Of a stretch of DNA of 64,000 nt, positions 1 through 11,925 are shown piece by piece (position 1 is the first letter of the stretch; each line of letters begins with the position of its first letter). This DNA comes from Narcine bancroftii. Its lineage: Eukaryota. The stretch spans positions 15,066,001-15,130,000 of the forward strand of contig NC_091478.1 in NCBI RefSeq assembly GCF_036971445.1. The letters run 5' to 3'. Position numbers and translations under genes: made by a program. The notes under the pieces are model-generated. The model was given only the letters and a program-made list of their open reading frames with translations. It had not been told where the DNA came from and made no database searches.

Positions 1-390
1 GACGCGGTGAGGGTCATTTAAGACTCACTTTCTTATTTTTAACCAATGAAATTGATTTTTCCGACTCGTATCTTTCCACTTTTTTTGTCTCCCTTTGTTT
101 TTCCTTTAATGTCAATCATACATAGCATCAGGCAATGCTGTGAGGGAGGGGTATGGAGTTTTTTTTTGTTTTGGCTCTCTTTTTTGTTATTTTCCTTTTT
201 TCTTTTTTATTCTATTATTAGTCTTTTTTTTTAATTATTTGGACTATGAATTATGGATATGTTTTACAATTTACGTTTGCTTTTGATATACTGATTGTTT
301 TATTAATTATGTGTAACTATCCATAACATTTTATTGTGTATTAGTATTATAAGATCTTTACTAAAATTAATAAAAAAATATTTTAAAAAG
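1..390 (+). mobile_element. Possible L1-like LINE 3' UTR
   Basis: Very T-rich tract ending in AATAAA and an A-rich tail (about 369-398); no coding evidence. Confidence 0.35.
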
Positions 391-919
391 AAAGGAAGAA
401 ATAATGGTGTCACTAATTGGAGACATGATGGATTTCAATAAAATTGGTTGTACAGAGACCAAGCCGACAACAACACAGAAGTGAACTGAACATCCACAGT
501 TAGCTACCGGAAGCTTTATTCCAAAACAAAATGTGGGAATCAGAATAGCATTATAAATTGTTTGCATCAGATTGAAAAAGTTAGCATGTGTGACCTGCAA
601 AAACTTCCACTTTGCTTGGGTATACATGACTTTTACAAATTGTTTAAAATGGGAGGATGTATTGTTTGAATGGAGATGGTATCGCAATCAATTGGCAGCT
701 GATTTGCTCTGGATCAACACGTGCAATTTCCTGCTCTACTTTGAAGCAGACAACTAATCCAGTGCAGAATTGTTATCTGGCATTTCCCTTCTACTTTTGA
801 CCTAACTGAGCCTGGAATAATAGCAGGGTTCCCTGGAGGTCAAGCACATGCAGGCAGATGTTAACCGCTAAAAAGAGGAAGACGGCAAAAAGGACCTGCA
901 GGCAGAACCTAAACCATCT

Positions 920-1145
920 GGGTGGCACAGTTAGTGGCGTGGTTAGCGCCAGAGTTTGAACCTGGCACTCTGTGTAAGGAGTCTGTACATTGGCCCAGTG
1001 TCTGTGAGGGCTTCCTCTAGGTGCTCTGGTTACCTCTCCCCAAGTTTCAAATACGTATGGGGTTGGTAGGTTAATTAATCACGTGTGGATTTGGGTGACA
1101 TGGGCTTGTGGCCAGAAGGGCCTGTTACCATGCTGTATTTCCAAA
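920..1145 (+). mobile_element. tRNA-derived SINE (V-SINE/HE1-like)
   Basis: GGTGGCACAG head, TGTAAGGAGT.TGTAC and GGTGCTCTGGTT.CCTC core, GAAGGGCCTGTTACCATGCTGTA tail. Confidence 0.7.
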
Positions 1146-1294
1146 TTTTAAAAAATCTCCATTGCACAACAAAACACCTCATGATCTTTGCTGCAAGAGG
1201 TACACCTCAGTGTGAGGTGGAGGAGTTGAGTTAAAGTCAGAAACTGGAAACCGTTCTCACATCCTAGTTGCCCTCGAGATCCTCTTTTACCTCT

Positions 1295-1895
1295 TCCCTT
1301 CCAATATCCAGGGCCTGAAATAGTCCTTCTAGGTTTGATTTCCTTGCTCTTTTTCCAATTTAGTACACTGCATTTGGCGCTCACGATGTGGACTCTTCTT
1401 CAATGAAGAAAGCCACACAGATGGCGTGCTTCTGAGAACTCTGTTCAGTTTGGAAAGGGGACCTTGAGATTCTAGTAATCAGTCATTTTATTTCTCCATT
1501 CCACTATCTCTGGTCTCCAATGGAGACCTAAATAAGCTTGAGGACATGCTAAAAGATGCAATAGATAATCTTAAGAGTTTAGTAACCTTCTTTGTTCATC
1601 AGATGTGACAGCCATTTTTCTTTTAATTTGTTTTATGACAATTTATTTCTGTATAATTTTGCTTGAACTTCTGATCTTTAAAGCAATGTTTACCATGACT
1701 TCTTTTGCCTGGAGCCTATCACAAACATTTCCTGTGTTTTTTTTCCCCCCATCTTCTCCTCCGTGCAACTTAAAATGACACTTGCCGTTTCATTTTCTTC
1801 CCTTGCATTGAAGGCCTGAAAAGTTGACTTTTTTTTGATTCTCCCTGTTGATGCTGTTTGACCTGCTGAGTACTTCCAGCATTCTTTATTTTTGT
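1295..1895 (+). mobile_element. Penelope-like element relic (GIY-YIG region and 3' UTR)
   Basis: IQGLK and CIWRSRCGLF relics resemble the Penelope IQGPK..CIRCSRCGLLYIGET region; ends with GATGCTGTTTGACCTGCTGAGT..TTCCAGCATT. Confidence 0.55.
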
Positions 1896-2472
1896 TGCTG
1901 AGAGTAAACTGTCAAGTCCTGGGCAAGTGAGTGCGCAGTGCAACTGTGTGCTGTGTTTGCTCCTTCTGTTTTACTTTTCCCTGGTCTTACTGTCAAAGAG
2001 AAGAACAGAAAAATACCTCCAAAAGCCCCCATGGATGTTAATGCTGCAGGGGGAATGGGAGAGACTGGCTCTCTGACTCAGTGTCAGGTAGAGAGGTGCA
2101 ATGACCTGCCCTTCGACGAGACGACTCTGCCCGGTGACTAGATGATTCTGCCTGGTAGGACTGTTACAATAGCACAAGGCCCATTCGCACGAAGAGAGCC
2201 ATTTCCATTAACTTGCTGCTGCATCGTTTTAAAAAAATATATAAAACATAGATGCAACGAATCAAAAAATTCTAAAAAACATAAATCTGGCTTGTCAAAT
2301 GGTAGATAATTAAAAATATTCCAGGATACAAATTAACTGCATGAATTTCATCGATACTAAATTAGATTTATAGCTGTTAGGAAGCAAATACAAAAGGACA
2401 ACTTTCTATCACAGGCCCATTTAGAAGAACAAGAAATCCATCAGTCACTTCATGGAAGGTTTATGGTCTTAC

Positions 2473-2596
2473 GCGTACTCCCTGCCAGATCGTAACTGAA
2501 TTGAGGATTACCAGAGAGAGTGTGAGATGCTAAGCGGGCTTGCTTCTCTTTTTCCAGTTCTTCCTTCAGAATCAGCTTCCCAAGGCCAGACTGGAT
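2473..2596 (-). CDS. ABLIM1: ABLIM1 coding exon (IQSGLGKLILKEELEKEKQARLASHTLSG...); 3' boundary uncertain (2473 or 2512)
   Basis: TGTCAG|ATCCAGTCT; SGLGKLILKEE matches the family motif. Two phase-1 donors are possible: C|GTAAGA (exon end 2473) and G|GTAATC (exon end 2512). Confidence 0.85.
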
Positions 2597-4589
2597 CTGA
2601 CAATTCACAAAGGACATTGTCAAACATAAATAAACCAATATTTCTGAGCAGCCACAGCGAGTGGAAGCTATTGTGCTAAGTCTAGTGAAACGTGGCCTGA
2701 TCTTTCCTGAGAACATTGTTCCTTTTTGAACAGATTTTTTCTTTAAAATGTTTCAATAAGCAAGACTGCAAGTGGTCAGGAGTACAAGACAAACAATTCT
2801 ATTTTGATGAAGGATTTGTTTCCTTTCCATTAACCCTAATAATACTGAAGAAGAACAATGACAATTTGCAAGTGATGTCATTTTTTTTGTTGCTTTCTCA
2901 ATTATGTTGGGGGAACCAGTTACTGAAAGAGTCAGAATTGTATTGATGTGGAATCTTGTATCACCTCATGATCTCACAGATGTTTTATTGGTAAAGAAGT
3001 ATTTTGAAATGAAAACCAAGACTGTATTTCAGTTATTGATTAGGAAATTAAAGGTGAGAGAAGAACTCAATTTTATTCTTTGAATGAGTGTCTAGTGTTT
3101 GTATTTGACCCATTTCTCGTTTACTAATTGGGTACCATGTTTTGCCATCAATGCCCATTGAGCTACTACCTTAAAAAAAAAATCAGAATATCTCTATTTT
3201 TAAAGAAAGTCCATATTGTGATTAAGCAGGCAGCTATTTCCATTCAAGGCTGTCATAGGATGAGAGAGAATGGGAATGGATTAGTTTGGTGGGGGTGAAT
3301 AATGATAGTAAAATTGTGGATGATGAGTAACATGGTGGAAGGTGTGCAGCAGAATAAAGGGGGATAATGGTGCAGTTCTCCAGACCAAAAAAAAAATTGC
3401 TTTTGACTGAAACATGCCAAGAATGATCCAATACACTAAACAGCAGCGTGGATCGAAGCAATCGCGGCCTGAAATGTGTTCTGGGCAGTTGCATGAGAAT
3501 TGTATGACAATTGAATCTTGTGGTGGGCAAGAGAATCTACAAGAGGCACAAAATAAATGATCCACTTAAATTCTGTCTAGTTCACTAATTTTGGGGCAGA
3601 TTTTGAAAGATACATCAGGGCAGAAATGTGATGAATTTATTTTTCACAGGAAAGGGAGGAAATTTTCTACCTATGAAAGCAGTACAGTTGCAGAGCACAT
3701 TCAATAGATTTTAAGGCCATCCAGGGATGGCACGAGTACAGGAAAGTACAACTTGGATAAAATATCATCAAAATCATCAATAAGAGTAGACACAAGGTGC
3801 TAAATGGCCTATTCCTGCTTCTATTTCCTATACTGTTGTGTTATTGAGTTTAAAGTAAAGGTCGTCAGTCATGATCCAGTTTCTGACTGAGTATTTAATG
3901 GGTCCCTGCACATAGATGATATTGTCTCAGCACCATGTGCTTCAAGGAAATAAGGTCCACATTAAGGTGAATCACAATTGGAAGTACCAGTCAAATTCCA
4001 TTGGATGGGACAAGAAATGGCAGCAAACAAGACATGTAGAATGCTTTTATATTTGCACGATTCACATCCAAATAGGCACAAATGGGTAGTATTTCCTAGC
4101 CAATGGCTACTGACCATCGCCTCAGAGGCAGAAGAATACAAAACGTTCTGAGGCATGCGGTTGTTTGAGGGTAGACATTTCTTTATAGCTCGTGTTGACA
4201 TCACAAAATAACGCAAAAAAATGTTAAAAGAGGGAAATGATGGCTGACCCCACAATTAAAAAAACAAAACACTTACAAATATGAAAGGTTGATTTGAACA
4301 GAAAAAAATATTTAATATGGAGTATCCAACTAAATGAACAGAAGCTAAAAGTAAGACTGAAATGATAAATAAATACTGTTCATATCAGCTTGCCCCAATT
4401 AACAAGACACTGATATCTCCCTGCAACTGGCCCCACAAAACACCTCTTCCCATACTTCCCCATTAATGATTCTGCATAGGTCATGAGCAATTGGACGTTA
4501 GCGTTTGCAAGTTGTTGCTTCTTTGCCCACATACAACTGGAAAGTGAAAAGGTCATTTTAACAGCTTTATATATACAAACCAAACATAC

Positions 4590-4678
4590 TTTACTGAGTT
4601 GCTCCTCCTGGAGTTGTCTTCGCCGGAGTTTTTCCTCATCGTCCTCTTCTCGTACACTGCCTCTCCTCCTGTCTGTTC
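4590..4678 (-). CDS. ABLIM1: ABLIM1 coding exon, acidic/coiled-coil region (GTDRRRGSVREEDDEEKLRRRQLQEEQLSK)
   Basis: CTATCAG|GAACAGAC...AGTAAA|GTATGT; 89 nt, phase 1 to 0; matches human REEDDEELLRRRQLQEEQLMK. Confidence 0.94.
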
Positions 4679-7600
4679 CTGATAGTCACAAAATACTGCT
4701 TTAGGAGATCCGAGATACGTACAATACCAGATGAGCTGGCTTTGTATAGGTTAGATCAAAGAGAGATGAGGTTTACAAGCCTTCATGATAGTGTGGTTGC
4801 ATTTAAGATATTTATAGAAAGCTACTCAAGAGGAACCAAACAGTGCAAAATCATTTTCTCTCAAGAAGAGATGTGTGTGATGGTTTGTATCAAGTGTATG
4901 AATCAGGTAGGTGGTCATCCCCACAACCTCCTCAATCAATTGCGATTTAACCCACAAGAACCCCAACCCTCTAGTGAGTGGGTGACAAGTGGGCCTCAGA
5001 ACCAGCATGTGATTCAAGGCAGGTTCAAAATGAGCAAATTTTGAGAGCACATTTGAGAGCTTCAATACTGTGAATTAGCAGGGGTCTTTCTCCTGATCCC
5101 ACAAGAAGTAGAAAAAAGTTAGGTTTTGGGTTAAACCACAGAGGCCTCTTTAAAGACCACATGACAAGGATGCTCAAATCATCCTTGTAAAATGTACCAC
5201 TCTGTCTTGAGTTCAGGGACCACAATTTACATTGGCTTTCTCTCTAGTGCAGGTAAAATGGCTGGCATCATGTAATTAAGACCGTTTTGATGGCCACTTG
5301 GCATACCAATACAAATAAGATGTTGGCATACGAATTAGCTGACATTGATTCTCTCAAAATTTTGGTTATAAAATATGTTCATTCTGAACAAATTAATCTT
5401 CTTCAAAGTCGAGTTTAAAAATCTTTGGGTTTTAATAATCCAAATAAAAATGATCTCAGCTTCTTATTCAGTTGCATACACAGTTAAAGGGTTACACAAA
5501 CCACTTGTGATGACATGCAACTGGCCCCACAAAACACCTCTCAATGAACTGAACTACTACCTTTTACCTGCAGCATGCATTTGACATCGATGTGTGTTTG
5601 CAGTGGTCAGAACAATATTCTCAGCCGTGTGAAGAGCAGTGAGTAGCAAAGCTGGGTGCCCAGTGAGAAACTTGCTCGTTAATTAAGAAGGAAAATAAAA
5701 ACTGTTTGGATTTGTCCTAAAGTCACAGAGGTTATGATGGGAATCTATGACAGGAAAGATTTACCTTCCATCTTAATTCTGCTTCCAAACAAAAATGGCA
5801 TAAACGATCTAAAAACAGTCTTTGTATTAAAGACTCAAAGAGCCCAGGCCAAGAGCAAACATGGTCTAAACAAATAGTTGTCCTGTTTAATCACATTAAA
5901 TGCTTGATTTTAACATTTAAGAAAAAAAATTGGACAGGCACATGGACTGGGGTGGGGGGGGGGGGTGGTATGAAGTGATATTGACTGAGTGCAGATCATT
6001 TTTGGGACTCAGCAGAATGACAGTTTGAGACAGACCAGACAGGCCTGCTTCTGCGCTGAAATATTCTATAGATCATTCTCTGGTTGCAAGTGGATGAGAG
6101 ATACTGTTGTCATTTGTTATAAAGGAAATTGGTAGTTTGAGGGAAGTTGAACAAAAACCCCAGCAAAAAAAAAGTGGACAGCAAAAAAAAGTGGACATCC
6201 ACATGAAACATTATTTCAGTGCAATTAATATGCACCAGACTAGGAGTGACGGCAATGAATGAAATCAGAGTAGGGAAGACTTTAGAAATAAAACATTTTC
6301 ATGCATGAACCGAAAGACTCATTTCAAAAAGATTGATTGATAAGGTTTCAATATTGGAAAATAAATCAATCAATCCACAGTGCAGACCATTTAAATACTT
6401 TTGGAGCCGAGATGACAATCGTTCTCGAAAGGTAAGGAGAAATTAGAGATGCTTTTAATTTTAGGACAATGTTTGAGACAGTATTTCTTTTGGGAATTGA
6501 AAACCTTTTCAATTAGTTGAAGATAGAAAGGAACATCTGTGGATGAAAACAAGTTCTGCAGAAGACAAAAATTAAAGGAATCTTGGCTTGAACAGCCCAT
6601 ACTTTGGAAAGGAACTGCTATCCCTCTGCTCGGATCAGCCCATTCACGACTCTGCACCTGGTGCATGGCGGTGCATTAGAATGAAATTTGCCAGAAGTCA
6701 AATCTCAATGCATCTAACCTCATGCTCTATTCCTGGGTTGGTCACAAAGTTCAGGGGCAGCTCACATCATCCTGAGATAAGGAGGAAGGACACAGTTTAT
6801 ATCTGGATCTTGACATGGCTGGTATACCCGAAGTGGCTTCATTACTTTGAATGGGGTCACCAACCTTTATTAAGTTTTATAGTAATTCTTGGCTAGATAT
6901 TTATCAGAAAATCTGTGCTTTAAATTAATGTATTATTTGATCTTTAATTCATCCATTTCCTCTGAAAGCTATCAGCATGTTCCAGGGACAATGTAAACTG
7001 TCAAAAGCTTCCCTCCCAATGTGCCTTCTACACTTGCAGGAAACTGGCCCAGATTTTACTGGAGCAGTTGAACAACAAAGCAGCTGAAAGAAGACCACCA
7101 CAATGATCCTGTGGTGTAGCTCCTATCCATCCTAATGTCAGTTGCCAGCAGCATCCGCTAAACAAAATCCTGGTGTCCAGGGGCCACGATAAGATCGGGC
7201 AGCCTGAGCAGAATCTCATTGAAAAGATAGTACAAATAACAAACCTAAGTGTGAAGTAAATCTGGGACATAAATGAGATTAAGACTGCAGAAATACAATT
7301 AACTTTTTTTTAAAATATGGAATTTTGAAGATTTTCCCTCGAGGGAATAATTATATATTTATAATTTTTGTACTAGCAGGTTTGTAAAGCTGCAATTATG
7401 GCTTCATAATTCATCTACTTTGCAGCAGCATACATTTTGGGACAAGGAGATGTCCAACTTGAAGCACAATGTTAAGCTGCAGCAAAACATCTTGGCTGAT
7501 TGCCCTGAGGGAATTGGGTTCAGGTGCACAAGATCCGTCACAGAGTTGCCCTTTTTTGAGAGATCAGCTTAATTGGCCAAAAACATGTGCATCTTTGAGT

Positions 7601-8697
7601 GTTTTCACACTCCTGATATAACCAGGTACACTGGGTCCAGCAAAATAACAAATTTCATGGGCTCTGGAGCTGAGATTGACTCCCATCAAGGGAAGGCTGC
7701 TCAACTTGCAAAGCTACTCATCGCTTGAACTTGCTGGCTCAATCAATAGAATGGAGAGTTTTGATTAATTTAATCAATTGGCCAATTGATAAAATACTGT
7801 CGCTTGAAAAATAATGAAACATCAACCACTGCTGTTTCTTTTACCACAATACATAGATGTGGCACTTCTCTAAGAATGGACACTGACTTTTAACGAGCTT
7901 TATATAATGGTTGAGTAGAGTTGCTGAGATGAAGGTTGGCTAAAGTAGCTGTGGTTAAGGTTGGGTCGCTTAGTTTGGGTAAAGTAATTATGGTTAAGGT
8001 TGGGTGGAGTTGCTGTGGTTAAGTGGACTACGTGCCAGAATCTGGTGAGACTGAATCTCACCTCGGAATTTACCTTCAATAATTAGAAAGATGTGAAACA
8101 GCAATAGTAACCATGAAACACTGATTTTTTGGTAAAAGCCCATCTGATGAAACCAATGCTCTTTAGGGAAGAAATTTGGCTGTACTTTCCCCAATCAGGT
8201 CTTCTGGTGACTTGAACCCACTCCAATAAATTTAATGCTTTTAACTAACATCTGAAACGACCTGGCATGCCACCTAATACAGGGACAAATAGCAATAAAT
8301 ACTGGTTCAAACACCAACGCACATGAACTTTTTTTAAAATAAAGGTCCAATGAAGAAGAGCCAATTGGGAATTTAAATAGTACTGCACAGTAGTCTTCAA
8401 CTTCTATCTGCATGACACATGAAGATGTACTAATGTAAATGCTGGTCAAAACAGAAAAAGCTGTTTGCTGTGAATTGATTAATGTTTTATTTAGAAGGTA
8501 ATTTTTCTTTTAAAAAAAGAACTGATACAAAAGATTGCGAGATTTTAAAATGCTGGGGAAATTCACTTTTAGGATTTTTGTTATGTAATGATAAGGCTGA
8601 AAACGTTTACATTTTACCCTCTAATTGGAGAAGACAGATGGATTTTAAATGTAACAAATGAACTGAAGGCCCATGTGTTGTTTGGCTTTTCTCATAC

Positions 8698-8829
8698 CTA
8701 TGATACCTGGACCTGGCCAGTAGTCAGTTTCCTCCTCAGAAGCCTGATCAGGATCTGGAACATAGGCGGCAGGGAACTTGGATGAGTTGATGGCCTCCGC
8801 GCCTCTCTTGAGTTGGGCTGCCGCTGCAT
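8698..8829 (-). CDS. ABLIM1: ABLIM1 coding exon (DAAAAQLKRGAEAINSSKFPAAYVPDPDQASEEETDYWPGPGII)
   Basis: CCACTCTAG|ATGCAGCG...ATCATAG|GTATGA; 132 nt, phase 1-1; SKFPAA..PDP and ETDYWP motifs are shared with ABLIM1 and dematin. Confidence 0.9.
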   Translation of the reverse strand: MQRQPNSREARRPSTHPSSLPPMFQILIRLLRRKLTTGQVQVS

Positions 8830-9375
8830 CTAGAGTGGCAATCAGTGGGAACCCAGCACGTCAGTCGGTCTGCAATAGACTGGGAGGTTCCCCGTCAGCC
8901 TGCATTGGCCCTTTGCTAATTGCTGCACTTATAGTGAAATGTCATTATTGCAAACACAAGTCATATTGATTTGGCAGAGAGTAATCACATTCTGTTTGGC
9001 ATTAGATCATCATACTAGTCATTTTATAATTGGTTAGTCCAGAAGACAAGCCACATGTAAAGTTAAAATGAATAATGTATGCCTTGCGTATTAAAAGTAA
9101 TTTCCAAAAACGTTGTCTGCCATACTCAAGTTAATTTAACCTGGCCATTAATTTTGTCCAGACTTTTTGGGTAAAACAATTTCAATTGACATGGAAAACT
9201 CTTTGCACAGAGTGCAATTAGGGTGTTCACATGTGCAAGGGCAATTCTATGTTGAAGTGAAATCTTCCAATTCCCAAGGAAGAGAAGGAAGAGGAAGGCA
9301 GATGGAAAATGCAAACTGTAGAATCTTGACCTCTCACAATCCAAATTCTCTGAGCAAGGATCCAAAAGGTTACTC

Positions 9376-9592
9376 GGGTGGCTACATTAGTGGAACACGA
9401 TTATAGTGCCAGCAACCCGGATTTGAATCTGGTGGTGTCAGTAAGGAGTTTGTACCATCTCCTTGTAACCTCTGTGGGGTTTCTCTGGGTGCTCCTGCTT
9501 TGTCCCACCCTCAAACAACATACAACCCCGTAATTGCATGCAATTAGGCTGCAATGTGGTTCATGGGTGGGAAGGGGCTTCTACCACTTTGT
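9376..9592 (+). mobile_element. tRNA-derived SINE, same family as 920-1145
   Basis: GTAAGGAGTTTGTAC and GGGTGCTCC..TTT.TCCCAC core. Confidence 0.65.
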
Positions 9593-11303
9593 AGAGGGAG
9601 AAAAGGAGCTAAAGTATAAAAATGGAAGGAAGCAGCTTTTTTTGTATTTTCTTTAGCTCGGCTAAGAGCTTGCTGCTTAGCTTGGCTGAGCTTGCTGTTG
9701 CCCTCTGGTGGCCGAGGCTGCAGAACCTTTGAGTTCCTTGCTTCGGGAGGGAGAGAAATAGAAAAACTGTAAATGCAAACAATGAGCTGCTGGAGGATCC
9801 CATCACCGAGACCAAAGAGGGAAAGGAAGATGCAACTATATCAAGGAGAGGAAGAAGTTGGGGAGGGACAAAGAGCTGATCAGGTATTGGTCAGAGCTCA
9901 GGTTTTAAATGCCATTGAAGGGCAGAGGACTCTGATGGAGCAAATTTAAAATTCCTTTGCTTCAAAAGATCAGCACGACATCATAATGGCCCTGATAATG
10001 TAGACAAAAATTCTCTTTTTACCACTGGAAACCTAAGACAAGCAAATAGGTTTATAAGGAGGGACATTTACAGTTTTTTTGTGTGTGTCAGTCTGGTGAA
10101 TTCTTCAATCAATCTTTGATTGAAAGGCATTATTCCAAAAAGGAACATGACAGAGTCACTGTGGTGAGACTGATTATCTGGTCTACCTTCTCAATGAAGG
10201 TGATTGATTGTGGGATTTATGAATACACTTAATTTTACTCAAGTGTTTAACACTGAATTTGCACACAATGACCATTTCCTTCAATATATCTTTTGAGTTT
10301 AAAAGAGGTGTGAAGAGTTTATGTTTACTTGAACATTCCAAAATGATAATTTGCTGCAGAAATGTTTAGTTGAAGCATTTAAAATTAGTTTGACGTTTAG
10401 GAAGCCCTCCAGCTGAGGAAATTCACAAGCAAACAGCACTTATGGATTAATCTGAGAATTGTTAGCAGGAAAACAAGGCACATATTAATAGAAAAACAAA
10501 CCAAAATCAAAACCATGAGAAAAACTATAATGAATGATAAAGAATTAAGGAAATGGATCAGGTATCAAACTTAAAGTATCCTTTAAACTACTGTAAATCT
10601 CTTACTGAAAAGTTCGATTGACATTAGTTTAAAAAAAATCTTCACAAAATGACAATTCAGATATTGTTACTAATTTATACCCATGGAACTAAGTTATGAA
10701 GTCACGTCAAGGGAACACTCATCCAGCAAGTTCTTTCTGGAAGAAATTAATTTGTTCATCTCAATTCAGTTCTGAGGGAGTTCAGGTTTGAAAATCAGAC
10801 CCTCTGCAACCAGGCATTGTTTGGTGCGAAATCTGCAATTGCACTTACAGGAGCAAGCATATAAATTGAATAACGTTCACACCGTTACAATGGAAAATGT
10901 TTTCAATTCACCAATGTTAGTAAAAGCAATTTTAAAAAGTACTAAATAGTTGTCTCCATAAATGCTTATGCTTAATCCAACATTTTGTGCACATCGCCAT
11001 ATTATTTGTAGTGGTTTTGAAAGAAAGGCCAAATGCTTAAAAAGACGACACATTTCTCCATGATTTTGATCTTGGCTAGTGAGGTCAGCTACTCAAGGCA
11101 GATGTGGGCCGGAGCACTAGTCTGCAGTGAAAATGACACTCTTAATTCTGAAATTTGATCTGGTACCCAAATGGCCATGAGGAAAGATTCTGAAATATGA
11201 TCTTATTTATCGTCTCGTGTACAACATCCTTAATTTCAAGAAAAAAAATTATGGAAAAAAGAAAACTCCCACTGTAATATACCAAAGTAGTAAGGAACAA
11301 TAC

Positions 11304-11351
11304 CATATTGTTTGTAGATTGGAGGCTTTCTGTATATATTAGTTCCTTGGT
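11304..11351 (-). CDS. ABLIM1: ABLIM1 48-nt exon (DQGTNIYRKPPIYKQY)
   Basis: TTTCCACAG|ACCAAGGA...CAATATG|GTATTG; phase 1-1; contains the NIYRKPPIYKQ family motif. Confidence 0.94.
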
Positions 11352-11762
11352 CTGTGGAAAGAAAGTTGAACAAGTTATTAATCATTACACAACACAATGG
11401 AAAAATAATTATTTTTGCCATTAATTCCAAAGATGAAAATGAAGATTGATGTAACACAGGATGTTATACAAACAAGGCAAATGTCAATGTGTCACAGCAG
11501 CATGCTTCATAGATGTAGCAACAAAAAGCTTCAGCCACGACACAAAAGTACAAGTGCTGCAAACACCTTAACACGTGAAGAATCACAGCAAGGACAATGG
11601 CAATAATTTGCAATTGAAATTTCCATGTTGTGAAAAGTTTTGAATGCTGTACACAGTTTCTGCATCTGAAGATTGTTTTTATTTAAAGTACATTATTCAA
11701 GCTATTGAGCATTTTACTAATTTTCTGACAAAAGTCAAAAGCAGGTCAATGGTGAATGATGC

Positions 11763-11909
11763 TGTATTGGGAACGCGCGCATGACGTCAGGCACGCGGTC
11801 GCGGTGCAGAGTGGTGAGAGTTTCAGTTGGCGCCATCTGTGAATGGATAAAGACATGCTTACCGCCTTTCTTGAGTGATATTATTTTCTCACAGGGAAAA
11901 TATCCGACA
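11763..11909 (+). repeat. 5' LTR of the Gypsy element
   Basis: Starts TGTA right after the TSD, ends GACA 3 nt before the PBS; shares TGACGTCAGG, AGTTGGyGCCATCT, ATAAAGACATGC and AGGGAAAATA blocks with 15116-15261. Confidence 0.88.
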
Positions 11910-11912
11910 AAA

Positions 11913-11925
11913 TGGTGACGAGGAT
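11913..11925 (+). promoter_or_regulatory. Primer-binding site, likely tRNA-Ser(GCT)
   Basis: TGGTGACGAGGAT differs by one CpG-type transition from TGGCGACGAGGAT, the complement of the vertebrate tRNA-Ser(GCT) 3' end as recalled. Confidence 0.75.

Noticed and set aside
1291-1314. Possible ABLIM1 exon PGYWKGR resembling LPGYGRNGLHR
   Set aside because: There is no polypyrimidine tract, the similarity is poor and it overlaps a Penelope relic; the true next exon appears to lie beyond the left edge.
6161-6197. Short tandem duplication CAGC(A)nGTGGA, with similar ones near 28620, 47830 and 53976
   Set aside because: These are ordinary slippage duplications with no sign of function.
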